64,000 nt of DNA, from assembly GCA_944386135.1 (NCBI GenBank), contig CALWZW010000001.1, forward strand, positions 86,811 to 150,810, written 5' to 3'. Positions 31,322 to 42,003 of this stretch are shown piece by piece. Source of the DNA: an uncultured Clostridia bacterium (GTDB lineage Bacteria; Bacillota; Clostridia; TANB77; CAG-508). A model generated the notes under the pieces. That model was not told the DNA's origin and did no database searches. It worked only from the letters and a program-made list of their open reading frames with translations. Positions within the stretch are counted from its first letter, which is position 1; each line of letters starts with the position of its first letter. The translations under genes and the position numbers were made by a program.

Positions 31322-32191
31322 CTATATATCTAATCCTTTTAAGAATTTTATAAAAGGATCTCTAAGCTCAGGTCTATTTAAAGTTTCATCAACAGCAGCC
31401 ATAACAAAACCTAATTTATCTCCAGAATCAAATCTTTTGCTCTTATAATCATAAGCATAGACACCTTCTTTAGTACCTACCATAGCATTATAAGCATCAG
31501 TTACTTGAATTTCTCCACCTTTTCCAGGTTTTGTTTGAGCCAAGTAATCAAAGATTTCAGGCATAAGTACATGTCTATCAGAAATAGCTAAATTTGATTT
31601 TGTTTCTTCAATTTGAGGTTTTTCTTGTAACTTTTCAGCTTTATAGAAGCCTTCAGCTATTTGAACACCAGAAACATTACCATATTTAGGAACATCTTTC
31701 CAATCAACCTTTTCAACACCTATTACTGAACCACCACATTGTTCATGCTTTTCAATAATTTCTTTTAAGCAAGGTTTTTCACCATGGAAAACAACATCAC
31801 CATAAAGAATAGCAAAAGGTTCATTTCCGATTATATCTTTAGCCTGATAAATTGCATGTCCCAATCCCTTAGCACCACCAGATTGTTCAATGAAGTGTAT
31901 TTTTGCACCTCTTGACAAGTTAGTAACTTGAGGGATAAATTTTTCCTTTCCTCTTTCAATTAAGAATTCTTTAAGCTCATTATCTTCTGTAAAATAATCT
32001 TGCACAACGTCTTTCTTTCTTCCAATTACCATGACAATTTCTTCAATACCAGAATCTACGGCTTCATCAACAATATATTGAATAATAGGTTTATCCAAAA
32101 TTGTAAGCATACACTTTGGAATAGCCTTACATGCAGGTAAAAATCTTGTTGCAAAACCGGCAATTGGTATAACTGCTTTTCTTACGCTCAT
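31322..32191 (-). CDS. galU: UTP--glucose-1-phosphate uridylyltransferase GalU
   Basis: KAVIPIAGFATRFLPACKAIPKCML..., nucleotidyltransferase fold. Confidence 0.85.
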   Translation of the reverse strand: MSVRKAVIPIAGFATRFLPACKAIPKCMLTILDKPIIQYIVDEAVDSGIEEIVMVIGRKKDVVQDYFTEDNELKEFLIERGKEKFIPQVTNLSRGAKIHFIEQSGGAKGLGHAIYQAKDIIGNEPFAILYGDVVFHGEKPCLKEIIEKHEQCGGSVIGVEKVDWKDVPKYGNVSGVQIAEGFYKAEKLQEKPQIEETKSNLAISDRHVLMPEIFDYLAQTKPGKGGEIQVTDAYNAMVGTKEGVYAYDYKSKRFDSGDKLGFVMAAVDETLNRPELRDPFIKFLKGLDI

Positions 32192-32324
32192 TGTGTATTT
32201 CCTCCTTTTAAGGTAAAATTACCTATATATATGCCCATATTGTATACTATATAATTGATTTCGTCAATACCTAAAAAACATGATTTTTGAGACATGATGT
32301 AAAAAGAAGTAAAATTTTTGCGAA

Positions 32325-32455
32325 TGGGGACGCTTTTGGTCGTTGGGGACGCATCTAAAATGACCGGATTTTTTTATTAAAGTTAAATTCAAATATTTTA
32401 TCTAAAAATCCGGTCATTTTAGATGCGTCCCCAACGACCAAAAAAAGCTTGTGTT
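32325..32455. repeat. REP-like palindromic element (family 2), full copy
   Basis: ggtcgttggggacgcatctaaaatgaccggattt ... aaatccggtcattttagatgcgtccccaacgacc, perfect ~35-bp arms around a 35-nt loop; related copy at 56455-56580 in the opposite orientation. Confidence 0.7.
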
Positions 32456-32489
32456 TTTCAATTTAATATAGTATAATAAAAAGTCGTAT

Positions 32490-32565
<76 letters not shown>

Positions 32566-32650
32566 AAGAAAAAGCCCTACATTGTTGAATTCTTAAAACT
32601 TTGTAGAGCTTTATTTGTTAAGATTTTGAGCTTAAAATGGAAGGAATAAT

Positions 32651-33289
32651 ATGAAAAACACATTAATAGTAACAGGAGGAAAAACATCTAAAGAATTTAT
32701 AAAAAAAATTATAAATAACAATAAAATAGACAAAATAATTGCAGCAGACAAAGGACTTGAAATATTAGACCAAATAAAAGTATCTCCAGATTATATAATA
32801 GGAGATTTTGATTCAATAAATAAAAATATATTAGAAAAATATGAAGAAACAGAAATTATAAAATTAAATCCGGAAAAAGATTTTACAGATACAGATATGG
32901 CATTAAAACTTGCAATAAAACTAAAAAGTGAAGAAATATATATTTTAGGAGCATTAGGAAATAGAATAGACCATGTAATTTCCAATATACACATATTAAA
33001 ACAATCCATAGATAATAACATAAAATGCAAAATATTAGATGAAAATAACGAAATACAGCTAATACATAAAGGAACATACAAAGTCGAAAAAGCAGGATAC
33101 AAATATATATCATTAATACCATTAACAACAAAGGCAGAAGGAATTACCCTAAAAGGACTAAAATATCCATTAAATAATGCAACATTAAGGATTGGAGAGA
33201 GCTTAGGAATAAGTAATGAAATATTAGAAAATGTTGCTATGATAAAAGTAGAAAAAGGAATATTAATAATGATAAAATCTAATGATTAG
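32651..33289 (+). CDS. thiN: Thiamine pyrophosphokinase
   Basis: LIVTGG...AADKGLE...IIGDFDS...GALGNRIDH motifs of the TPK catalytic domain. Confidence 0.8.
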   Translation: MKNTLIVTGGKTSKEFIKKIINNNKIDKIIAADKGLEILDQIKVSPDYIIGDFDSINKNILEKYEETEIIKLNPEKDFTDTDMALKLAIKLKSEEIYILGALGNRIDHVISNIHILKQSIDNNIKCKILDENNEIQLIHKGTYKVEKAGYKYISLIPLTTKAEGITLKGLKYPLNNATLRIGESLGISNEILENVAMIKVEKGILIMIKSND

Positions 33290-33383
33290 AAATATTGTAT
33301 AACATTGACAAAAAGCATGATAAAGTATATTATAATAAATAAAAAGATAGACAAGGAGTAGATAAGTTATAGAAGAAAAATTT

Positions 33384-33845
33384 ATGCAAGAAGCGCTAAA
33401 AGAAGCAAAAAAAGCATATAAAAAACTAGAAGTACCGGTTGGAGCAGTAATTACAAAAAGTGGAGAAATAATTGCTAGAGCACATAATTTAAAAGAAACG
33501 AAAAAAGACACAACAAAACATGCAGAAATTATTGCAATACAAAAAGCAAGTAAGAAATTAAATGCATGGAGGCTTGAAGAATGTGAAATGTATATAACAT
33601 TAGAACCATGCACAATGTGTGCAGGAGCAATAATAAATTCAAGAATAAAAAAAGTATATATAGGAACAATGGATCCTAAAACAGGAGCATGTGGCTCTGT
33701 CTTAAATTTATTTGAAGACTACAAATTTAATCATAAAGTAGAATACGAAACAGGTATAATGCAAAAAGAATGTGAAAAAATTTTAAAAGACTTTTTTAAA
33801 GAACTAAGAAATCAAAAAAGTTTATCTAAAAAACAAAGAAAGTAG
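33384..33845 (+). CDS. tadA: tRNA-specific adenosine deaminase TadA
   Basis: HAEIIAI and TLEPCTMCAGAI zinc-binding deaminase motifs. Confidence 0.85.
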   Translation: MQEALKEAKKAYKKLEVPVGAVITKSGEIIARAHNLKETKKDTTKHAEIIAIQKASKKLNAWRLEECEMYITLEPCTMCAGAIINSRIKKVYIGTMDPKTGACGSVLNLFEDYKFNHKVEYETGIMQKECEKILKDFFKELRNQKSLSKKQRK

Positions 33846-33853
33846 AGGTAATT

Positions 33854-34598
33854 ATGGAATATTTGAATAAAAAGCTAAAAAAAATAATAAGCTTTTTTGT
33901 AGTAATATTTATAATAGTCCTTGTAGTAACAATTATTTGCCTTCTAATGCTCAAATATGAAGTCGAAGGAGAAAATAATATGCCTTTCGAACTATCACAG
34001 ATGGTTGTAGTAAGCACTGCAGAAGGAATAGATACCGAAGGAGAAAATACTTGGAATTTTGAGCTAGTACAAAATAATGATATATATATAAATATTGCAA
34101 AAAACAAAAACTATAAACAAACAGAAATAATAAAAAACATAACTATTGATAATTTTGTAATAAATAGTCAGCCAGTAAAAGGAAATCTAGTAATATATAG
34201 ACCAAGTAGTGATGAAAATAAAACATATGAATATAAAGAAGAATACATAGTAAGTGATAGTTTAACATATAAAGGAGAAGAAACAACAAATTTAAAAGAA
34301 CTAAATTTAGCAAACCAGGGAGGAGTAATATCATTAAGATATACAATAGAAAATTTGCGGAACATATTCATCAGAGGATGCAGAAATAATACATGATGGA
34401 ACAATACTCTCAAAAGTGGGAATTAGCTATGAAGATATAAAATGTAATGTATCATTTGACCTAACAATAGAACTTGTAGATGATACAAAATTTACAGGAA
34501 CTATAACACTAGACTTACCAACAGGAAATATAGTAAATGCAGGCACTTCTAACTATGAAAAAACAGATTTTTCAGACGTAATTTTCAAAAGAAATTAA
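33854..34598 (+). CDS. Hypothetical membrane-anchored protein (~247 aa), broken by a +1 frameshift at 34358 (ttgCGGAaca)
   Basis: N-terminal TM; ORFs 33854-34396 and 34416-34598 join as ...IENLGTYSSEDAEIIHDGTILSKVGISYEDIKC... when C34358 is skipped. Confidence 0.5.
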
Positions 34599-34642
34599 AA
34601 AAATCTTGTAAAAATAAAAAAAACATTATATAATATGAAACG

Positions 34643-34797
34643 GAATTGAAATCCTACTATGAGATAAAAATAAATCTAACTTTTGCGTGGAGAGTAATTT
34701 TCAATAAAAATTTACGAATCTCGTCAGGTCCGGAAGGAAGCAGCGATAAGTAGAACCTTTTATGTGAAAGTTACTTTCCACGGAAAAGTTAGATTTA
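34643..34797 (+). ncRNA. ffs: Signal recognition particle RNA (short 4.5S type, ffs)
   Basis: Conserved domain IV motif gtcaggtccggaaggaagcagc; terminal helix aatctaacttttgcgtgg / ccacggaaaagttagatt; TTGTAA-17-TATAAT promoter at ~34605; canonical position just upstream of dnaX. Confidence 0.65.
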
Positions 34798-34819
34798 ATA
34801 TTAAGGGAGGAAGGCAAAA

Positions 34820-36507
34820 GTGGCATATACAGCATTATATAGAAAATTTAGACCAAAAACATTTAGTGAGATAGTTGGACAAGACCATGTAATACAAACA
34901 CTTAAAAATCAGATAAAATCAGGAAGAATAGGACATGCATATCTTTTAACAGGAGGAAGAGGCACAGGAAAAACATCAACAGCAAAGATACTTGCAAGAG
35001 CAATAAATTGCCTAAATCCACAAGATGGAGAACCATGCAATGAATGCGAAATTTGTAAAGCAAACTTAGAACGGAACTCTAACAGATATAGTAGAAATGG
35101 ATGCAGCGTCAAACAATAGTGTAGAAGACATAAGAAATATAAAAGAAAAAATAAATTTCCTACCAACACTTGCAAAGTATAGAGTATATATAATAGATGA
35201 AGTTCACATGCTTTCTACTGGTGCATTTAATGCGCTACTTAAAACCCTTGAAGAGCCACCAGAACATGTAAAATTTATACTAGCAACAACAGAGCCACAA
35301 AAATTACTAACAACAATACTTTCAAGATGTCAAAGATTTGATTTTAAGAAAATATCAAACGAAGACTTAATAAAAAGAATGAAAATAGTATGTAAGGAAA
35401 GTAATATACAAATAACAGAACCGGCATTAAATCTAATCGCAACATTATCAGAAGGAGCAGCAAGAGATGCACTAAGTATACTAGAAAGATGCTTACAAGA
35501 CCGGAGAAACAAATATAGATGAAAACAAGATAAAAGACTTAGTTGGAATACCAAAATTTGTCTATGTACACAATATAATAAAAGGAATCATAGATAAAGA
35601 TGTAGAAGCTTCATTAAAGGCAATGAATGAAGTATTAGATGAAGGAAAAGATTTAGGAAATTTTTTATGGGAAATGATAAAACATACAAAAGATATACTT
35701 ATGTATAAAGTAAGCAAAATAGCAGAAATATACAATGAAGAAGAAATCAAAGAAATTTCACAAATTTCAGAAAAAGTATCAAAAGAAGAGCTAATAAATA
35801 TAATATATAGATTATCAGAATTAGAAAATAAAATGAAATGGTCTTCACAAAAAACTATAATATTTGAAACAGAAATTATAAAACTATGTATGAAACAAGG
35901 TACAAAATCTCTGGAAGAAAGAGTAGAAAAATTAGAAAAACTAATATCAGAAGGAATAAAAATAAGTACAACTAATGCACCTAATAATCAACAAGTAGCA
36001 AGACCAAGATATGAAACACAAACGAACAATACAAATAATACATATGTAGAATCACCTAAGATAGAACCAAAAAAAATACAAGAGAAAAAAGAAGAACCCA
36101 AAAAAGAATTTAAACCATCAGTAAATCTTTCAGAAGGAAATATAATTACAAACTGGCCAAATGTGTTAAACGATTTGAAGAAACAAGGAAAAGTAATATT
36201 ATATGCTAATTTAGTTAACACAGAAGCGGTAGAAATAAATGACATGACAGTTGGAATTAGATTTAATAGTGGTCTTAATTCATTCAGAAAAGAATTATTA
36301 CAAAAACCAGAAAATATGAGTGTTATAACAAAAGAAGTTTCAATAGTATGTGGAAAACCAATGCAAATAAAATTAGAAGATGCAAGTGGAAGTAAAAAAA
36401 TCACACCACAACCACAAGTAAAAGTAGAACCAGTACTAGAAGAAAATAATAAAGAAGAAGACATATTAGAGTCATTAGACATACCAATAAATTTTATAGA
36501 AGAATAA
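34820..36507 (+). CDS. dnaX: DNA polymerase III subunit gamma/tau DnaX, two +1 frameshifts at 35072 (gaaCGGAact) and 35502 (gacCGGAgaa)
   Basis: GRGTGKTS Walker A, CxxCxxC zinc module, then corrected ...[26 protein letters not shown]...[10 protein letters not shown] (AAA+ box) ...[23 protein letters not shown]... continuous with ORF 35623-36507. Confidence 0.85.
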
Positions 36508-36520
36508 GGAGGAAATTATA

Positions 36521-36862
36521 ATGGCAAAAAGAGGAGGATTCCCAGGAGGAGCAAGCTTTGGAGGAATGAACATTAATAAACTAATGAAAGAAGCAAAAAA
36601 AATGCAAGAAGATATGGAAAAATCACAAGAAGAATTAACAGCAAGAGAATTTGAAGCAACAGCTGGTGGAGGAGCAGTAAGTGTAAAGGTAAGCGGAGCA
36701 AAAGAAATAAAAGAAATAAAAATACAAAAAGATGTAGTCGACCCAGACGATGTAGAAATGCTTCAAGACCTAATATTAACATGTGTAAATGAAGCACTAA
36801 AAAAAGTTGATATAGCACAAAGCGCAAGCCTAGGGAAATATAATATTCCAGGACTAATGTAA
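36521..36862 (+). CDS. ybaB: Nucleoid-associated protein YbaB/EbfC
   Basis: MNINKLMKEAKKMQEDMEKSQEEL...GGGAVSVKVSG; canonical dnaX-ybaB-recR order. Confidence 0.85.
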   Translation: MAKRGGFPGGASFGGMNINKLMKEAKKMQEDMEKSQEELTAREFEATAGGGAVSVKVSGAKEIKEIKIQKDVVDPDDVEMLQDLILTCVNEALKKVDIAQSASLGKYNIPGLM

Positions 36863-37018
36863 AAAGGAATTATAATGTCAGAATAAAAAGAAACGAGTAT
36901 TACTAGGCGGACGAATTCAAAATGAATGAGACGTACTTTTTGTACGTTGATTTCATTTTGAATGACGTCCAACAACGTAAGACGAAGTTTATTTTTATTC
37001 TTAGAAAGGATATGAAAC

Positions 37019-37621
37019 ATGTCATATTACTCACCATCAATAGAGAAACTAATAGAAGGCTTTGAAAAACTACCAAGCATAGGACATAAAACAGCAATTA
37101 GATTAGCATTTCACATACTAGATGCAAGTGATGAGGAAGTAACAGAATTTATAAATTCAATAACTAATGCAAAAGCAAATTTAAAATATTGTTCACAATG
37201 TTTTAATATTTCTGACACAGACCCATGCCCAATATGTTCAAGCCCTAAGAGAGACAAGACAACAATATGTGTTGTAGAAGATGTAAAAGATGTAATTGCA
37301 ATGGAGAGAACACATGAATTTAAAGGAGTATATCATGTGCTTCATGGATCAATATCGCCAATGAATGGAATAGGACCAGACGAAATAAAAATAAAGGAAT
37401 TATTGAAAAGAATACAAGAAAATAAAGAAATAAAAGAAATAATTGTAGCAACAAACCCTAGAGTAGAAGGAGAAGCAACCGCAATGTACATTTCAAAAAT
37501 ATTAAAACCACTAGGAGTTAAAGTTACAAGAATAGCACACGGAATACCTGTTGGCGGAGACTTAGAATACACAGACGAAATAACTTTGACAAAAGCACTA
37601 GAAGGAAGACATGAATTTTAA
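37019..37621 (+). CDS. recR: Recombination protein RecR
   Basis: [24 protein letters not shown] (HhH), [18 protein letters not shown] zinc finger, Toprim domain. Confidence 0.9.
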   Translation: MSYYSPSIEKLIEGFEKLPSIGHKTAIRLAFHILDASDEEVTEFINSITNAKANLKYCSQCFNISDTDPCPICSSPKRDKTTICVVEDVKDVIAMERTHEFKGVYHVLHGSISPMNGIGPDEIKIKELLKRIQENKEIKEIIVATNPRVEGEATAMYISKILKPLGVKVTRIAHGIPVGGDLEYTDEITLTKALEGRHEF

Positions 37622-37801
37622 AAAACAAGAGAAAACGAGAGGAAATAAAAGGAAATCAAAGAAAACAAAAGAAAAAAGGATGTTTTTGGTACATACAAAA
37701 ATTGAATAAATATCCTATTTAATGTAAAATCTAATAGTAGACTGAAAGCATATTATCCGTAGAATAAAACCAGATTTAAAAAGGAGTGCTAAAGATAATA
37801 T

Positions 37802-38777
37802 ATGAGAAAATTTATAATTGGTTTAAGGACAAGTATAAAAATTCTTGCGTTGTTTATAGTTAGTTGTTTAATTGTATTTACAATAGTAATATGCATATAT
37901 AAACCAATATATAGTGTGTCACTTAATGGAGAAATGATTGGATATAGTCAAGATAAAGCAGAGCTCCAATCAAGAATATTAGATTATATAGAAAATGGTG
38001 ATGGAGATAATGTCGCCTTTGTACAAATAGATGAAATGCCAGAATATAACCTATGCTTTTTAAAAAGAGGAATAGAAACAAATGACGAAGAAATATTCCA
38101 AAAAGTTATAGCTGGAGGAGAAACTTATTATAAATATTATGCACTAGCCTTAAATAATGAAGAAAAATTATATGTAGCTACATTCGAAGAAGCTGAAGAA
38201 GTAGTAAACGGACTAAAAGAAAAAAATAGTAATAATGTAGATAGCTTATCAATAGTAGAAAAATATGTGGCAGAAGAGAAAGAACTTACAGATACAGAAA
38301 CAGCAATATCAAATTTATACGAAGAAAAGAAAATTGTAGTAGCAACAACAAAAAGTAGTAGCGGTGGCGTAAAAAAATCAAAAGCTCGGAAGTGGATATA
38401 AAGAAATCGGAATTAGTTTTATAAAACCAGTTTCAGCAACAGTAACATCAAGATTTGGTTCTAGATGGGGAAGTACACATAAAGGAATAGACTTTGGAGC
38501 AAAAACAGGAACATCAATAAAAGCAGCAGCATCAGGAACAGTAACTTATGCTGGATGGAACAGTGGAGGATTTGGATATTTAGTAATTATTTCTCATGGA
38601 AATGGAGTACAAACATATTATGCACATTGTAGTTCAATACTTACAAAAGTTGGAGAATATGTATCTCAAGGAGATGTAATTGCAAAAGTAGGAAACACAG
38701 GAAGATCTACAGGTCCACACTTACACTTTGAAATAAGAGTAAATGATGTATCATATAACCCAGAATATTATCTATAA
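37802..38777 (+). CDS. Membrane-anchored M23-family metallopeptidase, +1 frameshift at 38387 (gctCGGAagt)
   Basis: N-terminal TM; downstream frame carries the full LytM/M23 domain (HKGIDFGAKTGTSIKAAASGTV...GNTGRSTGPHLHFEIRV); zero frame stops at 38401; skipping C38387 gives ...KSKAGSGYKEIGISFIKPVSATVTSRFGSRWG... Confidence 0.7.
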
Positions 38778-38858
38778 AATAAAAACAAGGTACAAAAAAT
38801 GTGCCTTGTTTTTATTTTTGAAGTATGATAAAATCGGATAAGAAAAAGGAGAAAAACA

Positions 38859-39982
38859 ATGAAAGCATTAATTTTTTATGCAACTTATGGAGGGGGACAC
38901 CTAAGTGCAGCAATGGCAATAAAAGAAGCAATAATAAACGAACATCCAGAAACAGAAGTAGAAATGATAGACTGTATGGAATACATAAATAAAGTCATAA
39001 ATAAATTAACAACAAAAGCATATTCAGGAATGGCAAAAAAAGCACCATGGGTATGGGGAAAAGTGTATACACATTCAAATAGAGGAATAATGTCTGGTTT
39101 AACCAAAAATTCAAATAGAATATTTGCATTAAAATTAAAAAATCTAATAAGAAAAATAAAACCAGATATTATAATATCCACTCACCCATTTGCAACTCAA
39201 ATGTGTGCATTTTTAAAAAAACATAAAAAAATCAATATAAAAATTGCAAATATACTTACAGATTTTGAAATACATGAACAATGGCTAGTAAAAAATGAAT
39301 ACATAGATTACTTCTTTATATCAAATGAACATATGAAAGAAGAATTAATAAATCATGGAATAAATGAAGAAAAGATATTTGTAACAGGAATACCAATATC
39401 ACAAAAATTTTCGAAAAAATACAACAAAGAAGAAACTTTAAAAGAATTTGGATTAAAAGAAAGTAAAAAAACAGTTTTATTTTTTGCAGGAGGAAAATAT
39501 GGATTAGCCAAAAAAAATGTTTATGATTTTATCGAAATATTAGCACGAGACATAAAAAATGTACAGGTAGTTGCAATATCAGGAAAAAATGAAAAAATAT
39601 TTAATAAATTTAAAGAAATTGTAGAAAAATATAAAGCACAAGAAAAAATAAAAGTAATAGAATTTACAGAAAAAGTAGCTCCGCTTATGAGTATATCAGA
39701 CTTAGTTATAACAAAACCACGGAGGAATAACAAGTTCTGAAAGTTTAGCAATGCGGAGTACCAATAGTCGCAATAAATCCTATACCAGGTCAAGAAGAAC
39801 AAAACGCAGAATATTTAGAAAAAAATAAACTTGCAATTTGGATAAGAAAAAATGATAATATAGAAGAAAAACTAAAAGAAATATTAAATGATGACCAAAA
39901 ATTAGAACAAATAAAGGAAAATACTATAAAATTTGGCAAATCTAATGCAGCTAAAAACATATGTGAAATAATATTAAAATAA
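38859..39982 (+). CDS. MGDG-synthase-family glycosyltransferase (UgtP / processive diacylglycerol glucosyltransferase-like), two +1 frameshifts at 39720 (ccaCGGAgga) and 39754 (atgCGGAgta)
   Basis: YATYGGGHLSAAMAIKEAI N-terminus; corrected C-terminus ...LVITKPGGITSSESLAMGVPIVAINPIPGQEEQNAEYLEKNKLAIW... is the canonical GT-B C-terminal motif; hairpin terminator after the stop. Confidence 0.7.
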
Positions 39983-40075
39983 TGCACCAAAAAAGGTGCA
40001 TTTTTTGTATAAATTTCCAAAAAATATACAAAATATAAGTAAGCAGAAGTTTTAAGAAAGGAATGATTTTAAAAA

Positions 40076-41464
40076 ATGGAAAATATAAAAACAAAATTTA
40101 AAGATTGGAAAAATCGTTTAAAAGATAGGCATATGTTTACAATAGTAATGATTATTGTAGCTTTATTAGCCATAGTCATAGCTCTGGGAATTTATACTTA
40201 TCAGAAACAAAGAGAATATAGAATAGCCTCAGAAAATGAATACAATATGGCATTTTATGAACTTGTAAATTACATGGAGCAAGTAGAAACTTATCTTGCA
40301 AAGTCTACAATAACATCAACAGCAGAGCATGGTGCAAAAACTCTTTCAAACGTATGGAGTGAAGCCAATTTAGCAGAAGTATATTTATCACAAATGCCAA
40401 TAAATAACGAAGGACTATCAAATGCACAAAAGTTTTTAAACCAAGTTAGTGACTACAGTTATACATTGTCGATGAAAACAATGGCAGGAGAAGACTTAAC
40501 AGATGAAGAACTAAGCAATTTAGAAAGTATGCACAAATATGCAGTTGGACTTAAAGATACATTAAACCAATTAGCAAATGAAATAAATGAAGGAACAATA
40601 AGTTGGGGAGAACTTACTAAAGAGGGAACAAAAGCATTTGCACAACAAGTAAGTAATATGTCTACAGATAGCTTTGGAAATATAGAATCAACATTTGATG
40701 ATTACACAGGACTAATTTACGATGGAGCATTTTCAGAACATATGACAAATCCTGAAAGAAGAGGATTAACAGGAGAAGATATTGATGAAAATGCAGCAAA
40801 AGAAGTAGTAAAACAATTTTTAGGAGTTGAAGATGGCAATATATCAAGTAATGGACTATCAGAAAACGGAAATATAGATGCTTACAATTTTATAGTAAAT
40901 GTCAACGACAACACAAAAAGCATTTCGATTTCAAAAAAAGGTGGACACATAGTATATATGAACAGTTATAGAGAAATTAATGAAGAAAAAATCACACCAG
41001 AAGAAGCAATAGAAATAGGAAAAAACTTTTTGAAAGAAAAAGGATATGACTCAATGGATAACACATACTATTTAAAACAAGAAGGAAGTATAGTAATAAA
41101 TTATGCGTATAGACAAGACGATGTAACAGTATATCCAGACTTAATAAAACTAAAAATTGCATTAGATAATGGAGAAATACTAGGAATGGAATCAGCAGGA
41201 TATTTAAACTGTCATACAGAAAGAGAAATTTCACAAAATATAATTTCAGCAGAACAAGCAAAAGAAAAATTAAACCCTAGAATAGAAATTGAAAGCCAAG
41301 ACTTAGCAATTATTCCAACAGAATACAATACAGAAATATTATGTTGGGAATTTACAGGAAAAACAGCAGACAACGAATTTTTAGTATATATAAACGCAGA
41401 AACAGGAAAAGAAGAAGATATATTAATGATAGTAAATACACCAAACGGAACACTGACAACTTAA
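40076..41464 (+). CDS. ypeB: Germination protein YpeB-like (PepSY domains)
   Basis: N-terminal TM, conserved central region, C-terminal PepSY-like repeats; spore-gene context. Confidence 0.65.
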   Translation: MENIKTKFKDWKNRLKDRHMFTIVMIIVALLAIVIALGIYTYQKQREYRIASENEYNMAFYELVNYMEQVETYLAKSTITSTAEHGAKTLSNVWSEANLAEVYLSQMPINNEGLSNAQKFLNQVSDYSYTLSMKTMAGEDLTDEELSNLESMHKYAVGLKDTLNQLANEINEGTISWGELTKEGTKAFAQQVSNMSTDSFGNIESTFDDYTGLIYDGAFSEHMTNPERRGLTGEDIDENAAKEVVKQFLGVEDGNISSNGLSENGNIDAYNFIVNVNDNTKSISISKKGGHIVYMNSYREINEEKITPEEAIEIGKNFLKEKGYDSMDNTYYLKQEGSIVINYAYRQDDVTVYPDLIKLKIALDNGEILGMESAGYLNCHTEREISQNIISAEQAKEKLNPRIEIESQDLAIIPTEYNTEILCWEFTGKTADNEFLVYINAETGKEEDILMIVNTPNGTLTT

Positions 41465-41547
41465 AAATTTCAAAAAATTACAAAGAGTTAAATTTATAAA
41501 AATGGAGACTATATAATTATCTCTAAATAATTAGGAGGTAATTATAA

Positions 41548-41721
41548 ATGAGTAAAAATAAAAGTTTAATGTCAGAAAATTTAAAAGAAGAAATAGCAAA
41601 GGAATTAGGAGTATATGATACAGTAAAACAAGAAGGAGGATGGGGAAACGTATCTTCTAAAACTTGTGGAAATATAGTAACAAAAGCAATAGAAATAGCA
41701 AATAGAAGTGTAGAAAGATAG
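41548..41721 (+). CDS. Small acid-soluble spore protein, alpha/beta type (57 aa)
   Basis: MSKNKSLMSENLKEEIAKELGVYDTVKQEGGWGNVSSKTCGNIVTKAIEIANRSVER; RBS taggaggt; below the ORF-track length cut-off. Confidence 0.75.
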   Translation: MSKNKSLMSENLKEEIAKELGVYDTVKQEGGWGNVSSKTCGNIVTKAIEIANRSVER

Positions 41722-41744
41722 GTATAGAAAATTTAATTTTTATA

Positions 41745-41895
41745 AAAAGAAAATGAACTATTGAATTTTTACGTTTTCCTTGCTGGTGCAGACTTCAAGT
41801 TAATTTATAGGAAGTCTGCACCACTCGCCGTCGCTTTTAGCTCCGTTAATCGCTGCGCGGATAAACTTAAAATTAAATAGTTCATTTTCTTTATG
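41745..41895. repeat. Nested palindromic GC-rich element (MITE-like, family 1, diverged member)
   Basis: Outer IR aagaaaatgaactattgaattttt / aaattaaatagttcattttctt around ttccttgctggtgcagacttc...gaagtctgcaccactcgccgtcgc...ctgcgcgg; shares ttccttgctgg, cactcgcc and ctgcgcg blocks with the 25416-25650 element. Confidence 0.55.
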
Positions 41896-42003
41896 TTAAA
41901 ATTTAATAAGAATTAGATATTTTTTGTAATGGTTGGTCAGTTGCCTTGACTTAGAAATGTAGAAATGATAATCTAGTATCGAAAACTAGATTGGAGGAAA
42001 AAT

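Noticed and set aside
34643-34797. Calling the dnaX upstream structure a riboswitch
   Set aside because: It contains the SRP RNA domain IV motif and closing helix; the position matches ffs.
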